A stretch of DNA of 64,000 nt from Octopus vulgaris. Lineage: Eukaryota. Location: assembly GCA_951406725.2 (NCBI GenBank), contig OX597825.1:21576001-21640000 (forward strand), read 5' to 3'. Made by a program: the position numbers and the translations under genes. This document shows, one piece after another, positions 28,493-41,192 of the stretch (position 1 is the first letter of the stretch; each line of letters starts with the position of its first letter). The notes under the pieces are model-generated. The model worked only from the letters and a program-made list of their open reading frames with translations. It was not told the DNA's origin and did no database searches.

Positions 28493-29235
28493 ATGTCAAC
28501 GGATCAAAAAAATGTATGCTATGCATATCTGAAAGGACACATCCTTTTCAGATTTCAGAACCCCACCTCACTGCTGAATTACAGATCTGAAATTTTCTTC
28601 GGATGGAAACATATGGCTAAGTTCTTATTGGCAATTTGGAAGATACCACCCTCACAAGACTTTAGGTCCCTATCCATTCATACTTTTATGACTTTAATGT
28701 TAAAGGGGACATAACTCTAAATCCCCCCTTTTTCTTTTTCTATTTTCCTTCCGTTTTCCAGTGTTTTCAACCTTTCACATTCATTTTCACGTTTCAACCT
28801 TTCACATTCATTTCCACTCAGCTGGCAAAAATGAGTAGTATTTGTATTTCAAAGGGCCAGCCTTGGTACACACTGTGTCACGTTGAATCTCCATGAGAAC
28901 TGCGTTAAGTGTTCACGTGTCTCGGGAATGCTCAACCACTTGCACAAGCAGGCTGTTCTATTTATCGTATCAGCTAGGACAATCGTCGGTGAGCGGTAAT
29001 AAAGTCATAAGAAAAAAGTCACAATTAATTTATTGGATCCGGACAAAACCCCTCTAGGACACAGCCCCATCAGACACCCCACCCCATCCTCGACAAAAGT
29101 CTTGTGACTTTTTTCCTGCGATTTTTTTCCCATGACATTTTTCCTGTAACATTTTTGTCTGTGACTTTTTAACCTGGATTCCCCTCGTCGCCAAAACCGA
29201 CGGACTTCTCCTATATGTTATATTTATATATATAT

Positions 29236-29476
29236 AATTTAAAGGACTGACCACTAAAAGAGAACAGTCAATATGCTAGATATAGACGTCAAAATAGCGA
29301 TTTTGACGTCATATATCTAGCATATTTTGCTGAGTTTTTCTTGTCCACGTTTAGTGGTCAGTCCTATATAAATTTCCACTTTATGTAAAAAATATTTTAA
29401 TCTTTTTAATTTCGAATTTTTTTAATATGCTGGGCCACTGGTTTTAATTGATTATTATCAATTTCTACCCTTATTC

Positions 29477-29482
<6 letters not shown>
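29236..29482 (+). mobile_element. foldback pseudo-LTR fragment + tail in (TA)n
   Basis: near-perfect palindrome centred ~29298 followed by a ~110-nt unpaired tail. Confidence 0.6.
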
Positions 29483-29544
<62 letters not shown>

Positions 29545-29989
29545 TGCTGCATTTTTATATGAACGCTTCTCTCAGCAAATAGATTAAATAGCGAACCTTT
29601 GTGTCCGAAGAGAATTAAACTACCATGATAATCAGACACACATTATCAATGAATTACGAGCATTTTGGGCAAGAGTTTATGTAAATAGGAGTTAATTCGC
29701 TTAGTAAGCTGAAATTTAAACAAACCACGAATAGACTATGTATATATATATTAGTGCATGGGAAGTTGTGTACAAACGGTTCGTTAACATCAATGTAAAC
29801 AATTCCTGTCGCTTTCAAATTTCCAATTTTATATAGCAAATAATATTTCTCCTATTTCTTGCTGTAAACATAAACACGGGTGGACAAAAGCAAACCAGAG
29901 AGGAAAATACATACACACACACGCACAAGCTCTCACACATATACACACACAAGCACTTACACATACACGTAAGTTCAAATTCGTATGTC

Positions 29990-30200
29990 ACATGTTAGGG
30001 TTTTCTGTACGGATTTTCAATAGAAATTATAGCTACCACTGATTTGTTACAACAATGAGATCGATGATGGAAAAATAGGTTTATGCAACCATTATCTACT
30101 TTTCCGTCATCGATTACATTAGACGTATTCGGATACGAAACGTCGTAACAAATCGGTGTTGGATTTCTATAGAAAATCAGTAGAGATAGCCTAAACGTGA
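29990..30200. mobile_element. MITE-like foldback element
   Basis: CATGTTAGGG...GATTTGTTAC versus GTAACAAATCGG...CCTAAACGTG imperfect inverted repeats. Confidence 0.5.
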
Positions 30201-30714
30201 TTTAATAGCACTGCTAACACAGTAGGACACAGTATTGACTTCCATAAACGTTTAATATGCTTTGTAGTATATTAAGTTTGCATAACGAAATGCATTGACC
30301 CTGCGAGTAAATAGATTCATGCATTTACTAATTTACTATTGATAGGAGAAAACCTAGAACACAATGTCATACTTTCTGCTGCATTTCGCCGTGGATTGGA
30401 GCGGATTATCGCTGTTTATATGTATTTTGATATAATGAGCATATACGTAGTTTTGATATATTTCACATGTAAATATTTGTACACCTTATACATATATACA
30501 TGTGTGTGTGTTTGTATATGTATATATATGTACATATATACATGTATATATAACAGTATATATCTGTGTATATATATATGTGTATGTATGTATATATATA
30601 TATGTATATATATATATATACATATATAAATATCCATGTATATATTATATATATGTATATATATACATATATAAATATCCATGTATATATGTATATATAT
30701 ATACATATATATAT

Positions 30715-30751
<37 letters not shown>

Positions 30752-30755
<4 letters not shown>

Positions 30756-31560
30756 AGAAAAATACAAACTGAGACAAGAACGCATAAAAACTTAGAAGAC
30801 GATACAACAAACACAGACAGGGCATTCGAAGCCCGCAGTCTTCAGTCAAGAACCGGATCATCGTAGTAATTTCGGCTGATTAATCTTGAGATTACTAGAA
30901 CCGGCCAGCCCTCCAGGAAAAACTAAGCAACGAGCATTAGAAAAACTAAGCTAGGAGCGTAGATTTCCTGGAAGAAGGATCGAATGCATACGAACACAGG
31001 GACAGCAAAACGAATATAAAAAACAAAAAACAATAATGAAATACAAAAACGTGAAATACAAAAGCAATAATGGTAAAAGCAGCAAGTGTCTTACGACTAA
31101 TAACAGTGCAAACAGGTCTGGCTGGCGTATTTTGGAAAAATTGCCTTAGCGGCGAATTGCCTTAGCGGCGAACGAGGACAACGATGTTGTCACGGCGCTG
31201 GTCAGAGGCCGAAAGGCGGATTATGGCCAGCAGTAACGTGACAGAGAAGAGAGAAAAGAAAAGAAAGGAAAGAAAGGAAGGCAAAGGAAGGAAGAGAGAG
31301 AGAAGAGGGACGAAAGCAACAAAGGGGGAGAATAGAGAGAAAGAAGGAATTAGAGAGGGTAGAAGGGATGGGTGTCAAAGATTGACCTGTGAATGCAAAG
31401 GAAGACAAAGAAATGGAAGGGTAGGGGAAGAGTAGACCAAAGAATCAGAGGCAAGAGAAGAGAAAAGGAGGATGAGTAGAGAGAAAAGAGAGAGAAGGGG
31501 ACAGATCAACGTAGAATGCGAAGTAAATGTAAGAGAGAAAGAGACAAACAGAGTGTAGAG
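30752..31560 (-). mobile_element. non-coding retroelement 3' region (pyrimidine tract + structured terminus) abutting (TA)n
   Basis: homologous to 19230-19490; related fragments at 47370-47685 and 39610-40080. Confidence 0.6.
30822..30987 (-). ncRNA. reverse-order (pseudoknotted) hammerhead-like RNA, copy 2 (canonical core nucleotides)
   Basis: rc: GGCTGG ccggttc TAGTAAT C TCAAGA ttaa TCAGCC GAA ATTACTA cgatgatccggt TCTTGA CTGAAGA. Confidence 0.65.
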
Positions 31561-31671
31561 TCGTACCAAATTTACAAGAATATGTGCTCACATAAGTGTT
31601 AAGGAGGGTACGTGACGCCAATGGAAAAATTAAAGATACAAAATGCTAAAGTAATTTTATAAAAAACATTT

Positions 31672-31707
31672 CAGTACCAGTTTCAGTCATTGAGACTTTT
31701 TCAACTG
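31672..31707 (-). ncRNA. minimal type I hammerhead, U3:A8 variant
   Basis: rc: CAG TTGAAAA AGTC tcaat GACT GAAA CTGG TA CTG. Confidence 0.65.
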
Positions 31708-31854
31708 CAAGAGTAGAAAACAATTAAATTTGGAAATCTTTTTTTAAATATTTGCATTGTGTTCAAATACAAGGGGCATTTTCTTTGTTTCTGTCTGTCT
31801 CTGTCTCTCTTATTTACTCATGTGGTTTCGAGGTCGTTGTGAATTCTTGATAGG

Positions 31855-31955
31855 GAAGAAGAAGAAGAAGAAGAAGAAGAAGAAGAAGAAGAAGAAGAAG
31901 AAGAAGAAGAAGATAAAACAGAAGAAGAAGAAGAAGAAGAAGAAGAAGAAGAAGA
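31855..31955. repeat. (GAA)n microsatellite
   Basis: directly visible. Confidence 0.95.
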
Positions 31956-32424
31956 ATGTGGGAGTGCCATGACAGTAGTATGTTGAATGGTCAGCTGCCC
32001 CGAAAATGACCCGCTGTGGATTGTAATAGCAACTGTTAAATTCTTAAAACATCTCCTTTGAATGTTTTGTTTATATAATTTGCGTTGGTGTTATTCTAAA
32101 CATCAATACTGGTAAAGTTAAAAAGGAGAAGGAAGAAGACAAAGGAGAAGACGAAGAAAGAGGAGGGAGAATGAGAAGGAATGTAGGTAGTATGAATGTA
32201 GTAAGGTGTTAAATCTTCAAATGACTTAAAATTAGCACGTTATGGATTATAGCTGTGATTGGGACTGCTTGGGAATATCTAGAGTCTATCATTTTTAATA
32301 TTTGCGTGTGTATTTGTGTTTTTCTAAGGCCGAGGTGGATATGTCGTTTGTTGTAGATGCGTTGTATTTTGTAATAAAGAGAGTCTCTTTACTAATTAGT
32401 AAAGAGACTCTCTTTACTAATTAG

Positions 32425-32700
32425 ATTACCCTCAACGGGTTGGCTCGCAAAATTGCGAACCTCCTCTGGGGTGTCAAACAGCAACCACACCGTTGCATAA
32501 TTGACACCCCTAGAGATGTACTTAATGGTTAGCAGATGTTCCGCCAACTGCTGCTTAATCATCTGCTTGGAGAAGACGGCAATGGTGTTGAGAACCTTCG
32601 AATAAGTTCTCAACACCACCGTCCTCTCCTCTTGCTGTCTGAACCACTCCTAAGGTGGGATAATCTCCGACTCTACAATTTTATCCGTATTTTTTGCCAT
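32425..32700 (-). pseudogene. possible LINE (L1/Tx1-like) ORF1 N-terminal remnant
   Basis: ATG after a pyrimidine-rich leader; MAKNTDKIVE...EERTVVLRTY...KYISRGVNYATVWLLFDTPEEV with one stop; family assignment tentative. Confidence 0.35.
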
Positions 32701-33982
32701 GTTTTAAATTAAAAAGGAAAATGTCCAAAACAATAATTCACAAAAAAGTAAAGAGAGAAACCAAAAGGAAACAAAAGTGAAGAAGATAAAAAGAAATTCA
32801 CAATAGAAGAAAATAACAGTTCTTCAAAACACAGCAAAAAATCCTCTGGGCATTCAGGTACTCCAAGCCCTATGGTACTTCGATTAGAACCTGCATTGCT
32901 CCACTTGAAATACAGCTTTCCAACTATTGGTAAACGTAGTTGTAAAAATATACACTATTTACAAACAGCGAACAACTTTTGGTGGCAGGATACGGCACCA
33001 AATTATACTTCTCACAATAAGAAAAAAATTTCACTTCATGTGAAATAAATGGTAAATGATGTTGTAAAAACATACACTATTAAAAATTGAACAACGTTTG
33101 GTTGAAGGATACTCCCCCCAATCTGTACTTCTCACAATGAAAAAAAGATTTTCTCTTAATGTGAACAATATTGCTGAACCGCAAGCAGACCAACATCCTG
33201 AACCCAGTAAGGAGTCTTTGTTTGTAAAAAATATAACCACAGACAAAAGTCTTACCTTGCAGCATCTTCTTTTGGCAGGCTAAATACTGCCGGCTATCTT
33301 CTTCAGTGCACAACACAATGGCGCATACGTACACTGACAAGAGACACATGGGAAGTAGGATAGCAAGCTACTTACCACACAGCCATTCATGTGTCTATCC
33401 ACTCACCCACTCCTGCACCACCCCGCCCAACATTTATATATTGGGGAGAGGCGTGATCATCTGTCATTTCCTATTCATAATAACAAAACATAGGCTTAAC
33501 TAAATAATATTTTTTACGTAAAATTTTGACAGTTACGATAAAATTTTAAAACGTCTGAAATTTTGTTTAAGAAGTCGCTTCAAATACTTTAGTTTGATTC
33601 AGGAATAACATTCTTCATCTGCGTATAACGAGAAAAATAAAAAAGCAGTAAGATCTTTGCCAAAAAGATATAAGCAACAAAAACACAAAATAAAACTACC
33701 TGAAAAGCAGACATTATAAAATTAGAGTAACGTACATATACTTAAAAATCGATGTTGTTTTCTCATCTTACAATTGTCGTGGCGTATTATAGTCTAATCA
33801 TGGTTGTATTTGTTTACTAGAAATTATACAAAGAAGCTTTAGCTCTGTTTTAAAATAGATTGGGCTTTATATAATGTCCGAAACACTGCAAATGGTATTA
33901 CTATACAAACTACAAAATGCATTTTCCCCTTATATATATATTATAAATGTATGTATACATATATATATGTATGTATACATAC

Positions 33983-34038
<56 letters not shown>

Positions 34039-34802
34039 AACTAATCAATATGAGACTTAATCTATTAAACAAAGATCAAAAACTTTCATTAAATAAATGA
34101 AATGTAGCAGCTTAGATGTTAAAATGGATTATGCCATATGCCCGTGGGCATATGTTGTGTTAACAATAAACAGGATGAGGACAAATATCCGTCAATTGTA
34201 AATAATGTAAATATTGTGAAATCCTAGTTTGAAATCACTTTATGTAATCATTTATATATCTCATTGAGCTTCCAAATGAATCTCCTTGCTTAGCTGAAAC
34301 TATTCACTAAATAATCAATGAAATATCATAGCAGCTAATACAAATATCCCCTGAAACATTTTTGACCCAAACTATTAATGAAGATCTGTTAAATTACTTG
34401 CAAATTATTTATAGATTTTATGTCTCTTACATCTTTCACAACGCCTATGATCTTATTTCTTCTAATTGCTCATGTATGCTAGTAATGACATAAGATTCCC
34501 TGACAACTAAGTTACATATTAACCGACCTTGGCGTTATATGCTTTAAATCTAAGCAGTTAAAGACTCCCTTTTGTAGGGTTTAACTTTATTATATTTAAA
34601 GTTTCTCATTAATCTGAGTAATCTTTTCTCTCTCGACAGCTAAATATCTTCGGTTTCTGCATTAATATAAAAACCACTGATAACTTTATCTCTAGAAATA
34701 TTTTCTGTACAATTGCGAGCCAGCACAGAAAGTTATGATATTTGGTAAACGAATACGTCTATGTAAACGATGCGATCGAAGATAGGAAAAATAGGTAAAC
34801 AG

Positions 34803-34845
34803 AGTATATGCATGTTTCAGGGATTATTGTCCTTTCATCAGTACT
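34803..34845 (-). ncRNA. minimal type I hammerhead
   Basis: rc: AGTA CTGATGA AAGGA caataa TCCCT GAAAC ATGCA TA TACT. Confidence 0.65.
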
Positions 34846-34941
34846 GTGAGTGAAATGTGGTGGTGATGCAGCCTTCTTTTATCATAAACAACTTCATGAC
34901 ATTAATGTTTGCGTTTCTCATAGAGCAACGTATTGGAAGTA

Positions 34942-35377
34942 CAGTAATCCCTCGACTATCGCGAGTTTTACCTTCGAAAAACCCCAGGGATAGATGAAAA
35001 TATGTCAAGTAGAAACTACTATATAAGTTCTTTTAATTAATTTTATAATTTGTATATATTCATTCTATTATAAATGCAAAGCACCACACACTCGCCTCCC
35101 GACTTTCGTTTTCCATACAGGGTACGCGATTATTTGTTTACTCATCTACGGTACACTCCGTATTTTCTTTTGATATATTTTAATTGTGTTATACAGTGCA
35201 GTACAGAACTGTATTTATATTTATTAATTTATTAATTTTTAGTCGTGAAAATGCTTATTTGACCACAGAAATAATTAAAATCTAAAAAAAAAAAAATAAA
35301 TATCCATCGGCTGTAGAAACCCGCGATATACTGAGGAGTCCGTAATAGGTTAACCGCGATATGGCGAGTAATTACTG
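34942..35377. mobile_element. Tigger/pogo-like MITE
   Basis: TA-CAGTAATCCCTCGACTATCGCG ... CGCGATATGGCGAGTAATTACTG. Confidence 0.75.
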
Positions 35378-35550
35378 CGTTCATAACTTATAACACGTAT
35401 ACAGAGATTCGCGTGGATCGAAGATACCTACGATAATGTAAATAATTCTAGTGGCAGTGCATCAGTTTGGTAACAGCTTCTGGCTGAAACAAATAAAAAC
35501 ATAAATTTTCATATATCTTATATTTTCATTCCTGGCCCAATGCAATAAAA

Positions 35551-35798
35551 ATGTTCCTTCTCGAGCCATGACAGGCTCATAAGAGCTGGTTTCCCGGTTT
35601 CAGTGGCGTACAAAATCCCCACCTGGACGGGATGGCGGTCTGTCGCAGGATTACTCATTTATGCCAGCTGAGTGGACTGGAGCAACGTAAAATGAAGTGT
35701 TTTGCTCAAGAACACAACGCATCGCCCGGTCCAGGAATCGAAACCGCAACATTACGATCATGAATTCAACACCCTAACCACTAAGTCACACGCCTCCA
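35551..35798 (-). mobile_element. SINE group A (head 1 + CORE-like body + tail T1)
   Basis: TSD CCCA(A/T)TGCAATAAA on both sides. Confidence 0.88.
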
Positions 35799-36698
35799 CC
35801 CATTGCAATAAACAGGTGGTAAAATAAGCATCGTGACTTTTACCATTCTTTAACGAAAAAAAGCGGAGCAAATAACTACGACGCGGAATCGAACCCGTAT
35901 AGAGGTTCCTCACATCGGAGAATCACTATCTATAGTACAGCATTCAGTGCTGACATCACCAATATTCTGAGCATAGTTCAGTCTAATGCATATAATCGCT
36001 ACACGAATGTCAGCTTATTTCCTAATCAAAACGACACAGCGAATTAGTATCAGAATAAAGGTAAACTACAGCTTAACTTGCAATCACCGGATATGAATGA
36101 TGTATCAGATAGTATTTAGTTAGAAGCTGTTAGGTCATTAACCGGATGTTTTAGAGAGAACGTTCATTGTGATTGGCGTATACTGCAATACGAAAGAACC
36201 ATTCTAAACCATTCTAAATCATTCTAGAAGAACTAAGGTTAAAAGGCAATTTAACAACGATTTCCATCATCGAAATGTTTCTGTGAATATAAAACTACCA
36301 TTCTGAGCTGGAACAGTCGTACAAAATATGAAATGGTATTTTAATTGTTGACTGAATTTTATTATTGTGTACGCACCCCCCCTCCCCAGCACCCACACCC
36401 CCACATACACATTTATACATATATAGATGACTTCGTATATTTATGTTTTTCCTTTATAAACACATGAATCTTAAATTATTGCAACGGACAGCAGGTGCTG
36501 CGATTTCTATGCTTACGTCAAATAGTAGCGTTAATGTGATTTATAACAAGAAACCAACTTGGATATGAATTTGAAAAATTTTGTCGGTATATAGAGGAAA
36601 TTTAGCAAAATAAAAGAAGCAATTTGACAAATTTTTGTGCATTTATGTTTACAATCGAGAACCCGCCCACCCACACACATACCGAGACACACGCTCGT

Positions 36699-36819
<121 letters not shown>

Positions 36820-38234
36820 TTACAGAATCTTGCTTATTAATTTTAATGAATTTAGTTCTGAGACTTTTTAATTTTGTTTTGACGTTAATTGAGGTAATAA
36901 TTTTGTATAGTGAACAATAAATTTAAATCATTATGAACCATAGCCAACTAATTAATTCTGAAAATTATAACTATGATTTAGTAGAAATAAAATTACCATT
37001 AGTGGTGTTTTCATAAAATAAACAACCGTTGTTAATGTAATATAACTTCGGAGATGAATTCGCTGAATTAATAATGTAAAGGAGCGGCTAAATTAAATGA
37101 AGATGTAAGAAATGAAAACAAAAATATTGATTTGTTGGATATACAAGTAAAAGTACTATATCAACTACAAACACCTCCCGCGTTGCAACTACCTCAGGTT
37201 ACGGAATTTCACGCTTACAGAAATTGTAAAGTATGATCACTAATTTCAGGAAATGGAATGAAATACTATTCTTAAGGAAACTCGGTTACATTTGAACTAT
37301 TTAAAAGCTACACGCTTTTCATAGTCTAAACGTGTCTTGGGGTCTTTTTCTTTTGACGTTTTGTTAACAGTTTAACCATTTGAAAATCAATGATCACAGT
37401 CTTGAAACTGTAATGATTTTTTGAACGGTAACTGACGAAGAAAGAGTTATCCATGTTTTGTGTGAGGATTTTCCGTTTGTTCTTTTGTCGTGCCTTAAAA
37501 AAGCTATTTAATTGTTAAGCCACGCACCCATCTTCTCAATCTCAACCTATATATATATAAAATTAAATAAGTGTAGAAATTGATTTTTCTACATATTTTC
37601 TTATCATTCGCTATTTTGGGTCATAGCATTAAGACCTGTATGTTTTCCTCTGTCTGTAGCTATCATCGCTATGTCAAACGTCCAAAGTGTTAGGTTTCTT
37701 TTTCTATTCGTTGCTTAACATTTGTTCCTTATTCTATTCGTTGTTTAACATTTGTTCCTTATTCTGGAAAATTTGTCTTTACTTTGCGACTGAACAACAC
37801 GTTTCTTCCCCTATTCTTCATTTCAACTGCAGGCAGCCTATCAGATAATATCCTATTTATAATTAACCAGCGGACAGAATATTTAAATGACATCTGCTTG
37901 AAGTATAGTGTGTAGCGTATAAAAATAATCGTTAATAGATATTTTGTCGAAGTCACCCTAGGTCCAGCAGACATTTAATGAAGGACAATCCCGCAATTAC
38001 TACCCAATCTACTTAATCATAAAATATATAGAACTACCTTTTCTCAAGTTAATGTCCTTCCGTATTCTAAGATAGTAGAAGTGAACTGAGGGGCGTTCAG
38101 TTGTTACTTCGAGCAATCATATCCAAGGCTCATTATTCGGTCACTAGAAAGAGTCAAGCATAAATATCTCATAAAAGAATTACGCTTTAAAATCTAGTCC
38201 GTACACATATATACTCACAAAAATGTATAATACA

Positions 38235-38545
38235 TATGTGGATAGTAGAAGTAGCAGCGGACTTGCGGTCGAGGGATCACGGGTTCGAATCTCAGACCGG
38301 CCGGTGTGTGTGTGAGTATGTGTGTGTGTGTGTGTGTTTATGAGCAAAACACCTAAGCTCCACACGGCTCCGGCAGAAAGTAATAGCGAACTTCTGCTGA
38401 CTCTTTTGCCAAACCTTTCTCTCACTCTTTCCTTCTGCATCTAGCAGCTCACCTGTGACGGAACGGCCACCCGTCCAGGTGGGGAACCTATACGCCAATG
38501 AAACTGGGAAACTAGCCCTTATGAGCCAGGTATGACTCGAGAAGA
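38235..38545 (+). mobile_element. SINE group A (head 2 + body 2 + tail T1)
   Basis: reverse homolog of 24252-24560. Confidence 0.85.
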
Positions 38546-39007
38546 AACACACAAAAGACAAAAGAAGAAGATATGGTAACGCTTTCAACTATATACAGTA
38601 CTATTAAGTGCACTGTATCGTTTATTAATAAATGTTCACGGGACTTATATAAGAGATTCCTAAAACCAAACGTGTCATAGAAACGCTGTAAATAGACACT
38701 TATTGTTGAAAAATAAATTGACGCGAACGTAATACTGCACGAACACATACACATACATACATGTTCATATACATATATCTAAATATGTATATCTATACAC
38801 ATATATGTGTGTGCGTACGTGTGTATGTGTGTATGTATGTGTGTGTGTGTGAAGAAGTCAAGGTTCAGTGAAGCTTCAAAGGAGCACAATTTTCCTTGTA
38901 GAAATAGATACGATACTTTAATTAAACCTGTTCAATGATTCTTCAGTGATATTTGACCGTTTTAGTACAGAACAATACATCAAAACAATTATATGTATGT
39001 ACGTATG

Positions 39008-39052
<45 letters not shown>

Positions 39053-39728
39053 GTGTGTGTCTGTATCTCACTCCGAGATTTAATATTGTTTATATATATA
39101 TATATATATTATTGTTTATATAAATATATATAGACGTATATTTCTTTGTATTGATGTGTGTTTGTAATGTGTGTATGTAACGTGTGTATGCTTGTGTTCA
39201 GTCCACGGCTGGACGAAGGTCTCACCATTGTCACCCACCAACCACGGTCTGACATTTCCCTCATCCATTTTTGGGTGCCGAGGAATTTAATAAAATCTTC
39301 ATTTCAACTGGTGCACACAAATATGTGTTTGTCTGTGTGTGTGTGACTGAGTGAGCGTACGCGTGTGTGTATGTGTGTGTGTTTGTGTGCGTGCGTGTGT
39401 ATGTGTGTATGTGTGTGTGTGTGTGAAGAAGTCAAGGACTGGTGAAGCTTCAAAGGCGCTCAGTTTTTCTTGTAGAAATAGATATGATACTTTAATTAAA
39501 TCTGTTCAAACATACTCAAACATAAATGATATAAAATACGTGAAGTAGAGGACATCACCATCGAGCGAAAAATACGTAAACACACGGGAGCTAAGAACAA
39601 AACGAAATGTCCTGTACTTGCTGTATTTTATATTTATTTAATTATAATCGAAAGCCACGTGACCTTGTCCACAGTAATTTTTTACTTTTATTTATAATTT
39701 CTGCCACTCTACTCTCTGTTCCCTTTTT

Positions 39729-39783
<55 letters not shown>

Positions 39784-40446
39784 CTCTATCCCTCTGTAAT
39801 TCTCTTTATTTTCCATTTTCTCCCTCCTTCTTTGCTGTCTCCGGGCTATCTTTTTTCTCACTCTATACTATATTTTGTTCCTCTCCCTTCTCCTCACTCC
39901 CTTTGTTTCTTTTCCCCATCCTCTCTCTTGTCCCCTTTCTACTGTTTGCTTCCACGTGACTACAGGCCATTTCTCTCAGCTCTTTCTGGACGCGACGTCT
40001 ATTTAGCTGGACGTCATTTTCCTCGTATTTTTATAATATTTTTTATTCATATTCTTATTTTTCTATTTAATATGACTTATAATATGTACTTTTAGCTTTG
40101 ATTCGTTAATAATAATAACAATAAGACAAATAGACCGAGGATGCACTGGTGAATTTATGTATTAGGTATAGCCTTTATAAACACCCCGCCAGCACAGAAA
40201 CATGTGTAGCGTTGATTAAAAATATATTTTTCCCCACAAACTTATAACAGGTAGGTTATACAGTTTTTTTCTAATATTTTTGCAAATAATTTAATCTATT
40301 TTATAGTAGGTTTATAAATGCTTATATTATTTTATTGGATATAACTTTCTATGTGTATTCCATACAATAAAGTTATCCTGAAATAGGACTTGCAGTTCTA
40401 TTGGTAAAATCCCAAATTTGTAATAATATATATATATATATATATA

Positions 40447-41192
40447 GTAGACGTCTGTCGGTCTCGAGAGGCCATGAGTCTGTGCCCAAAGAAATCGTGT
40501 CAGCTGCTGATGGTGGTACAGCGTATGTTGTAGCTGTATATGCTCACATGGGAGCGGCAGTCATGCGTACAGCGATTGCATTTGGAGGTGCTCTCTGCCG
40601 GTGCTACTGATTTTTCCTTCCGTCGAGTGCGCTTGTCTTTGATGGCGTGTTCCTGTTTTTCTTCCGCTCTCTTCATTCCCTTTCGTAGTATTTGTCTCCT
40701 GTGTGGGCAATCATTTGCAACCTCCTCCCATTTCAGAACGTCCAGATCAAACGACTTCCCATCCCTCTTAAAGATGTCTTTGAAACGAAGATGATGTTGT
40801 CCTCGTGCTCTTGTGCCGGTGGCCAGTTCCCTATACAGGAGGTATTTTGGGATCTTTACGTCTGGCATGCGATAAATATGACCGAGCCAGCGCAAAAGAC
40901 GCTCCTGGAGCAAGATGTGTATGATGTGTATCTTGACTCGGTTGATGACTTCGGTGTTGTTGATGTGGTCAGTCCACTTGATGTCCAAATGCGTCTCAAA
41001 TTACGAAGTTAAAGACGTTGAAATGCCACTTCTGTCTAGAGTAGAAGCTCCACGTCTCACTGCAGTAAAAGAGCGTGCTAAGGACGCACGCATTATAGAC
41101 AGTAATTCTGGTGTTTACCGAATCTGGAACTTAACTATGGTCTGTCTATAGCACTTATTCAGCATTACCCGACACCTTTGGGTCTTAATGAC
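40447..41192 (-). mobile_element. 5'-truncated RTE-clade LINE (RT C-terminus + CCHC-like zinc knuckle + short 3' UTR) in (TA)n
   Basis: IKWTDHINNTEV, RLLRWLGHIYRMPD.KIPKYLLY.EL..G.R.RG..HLRFKD, CNRCTHDCRSHVSIYS. Confidence 0.9.

Larger units (their letters stand above)
25870..28660 (+). mobile_element. decayed Penelope-like element (Naiad-like RT + GIY-YIG) interrupted by a MITE and two SINEs
   Basis: GLYRDDGL...LGLKISI; ISNLSSS...AAPHYN..DNSGF; FSRNVKTNLGK; NRRSV.LSYSCCPNM; NYIGLCEGGFKHRYANH; NGSKKCMLCISE; LLNYRSEI. Confidence 0.85.

Noticed and set aside
28590-28620. Selenocysteine codon in the Naiad-like ORF
   Set aside because: The position reads TGG, and the copy is too decayed to infer recoding or a SECIS
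30839-30910. HDV-like ribozyme interpretation of the pseudoknot
   Set aside because: No P3/L3, P1.1 or catalytic-C junction; conserved unpaired residues match the hammerhead core instead
38851-39510. ~85-bp duplicated segment after (TG)n
   Set aside because: Looks like an ordinary local duplication without structural or coding signal
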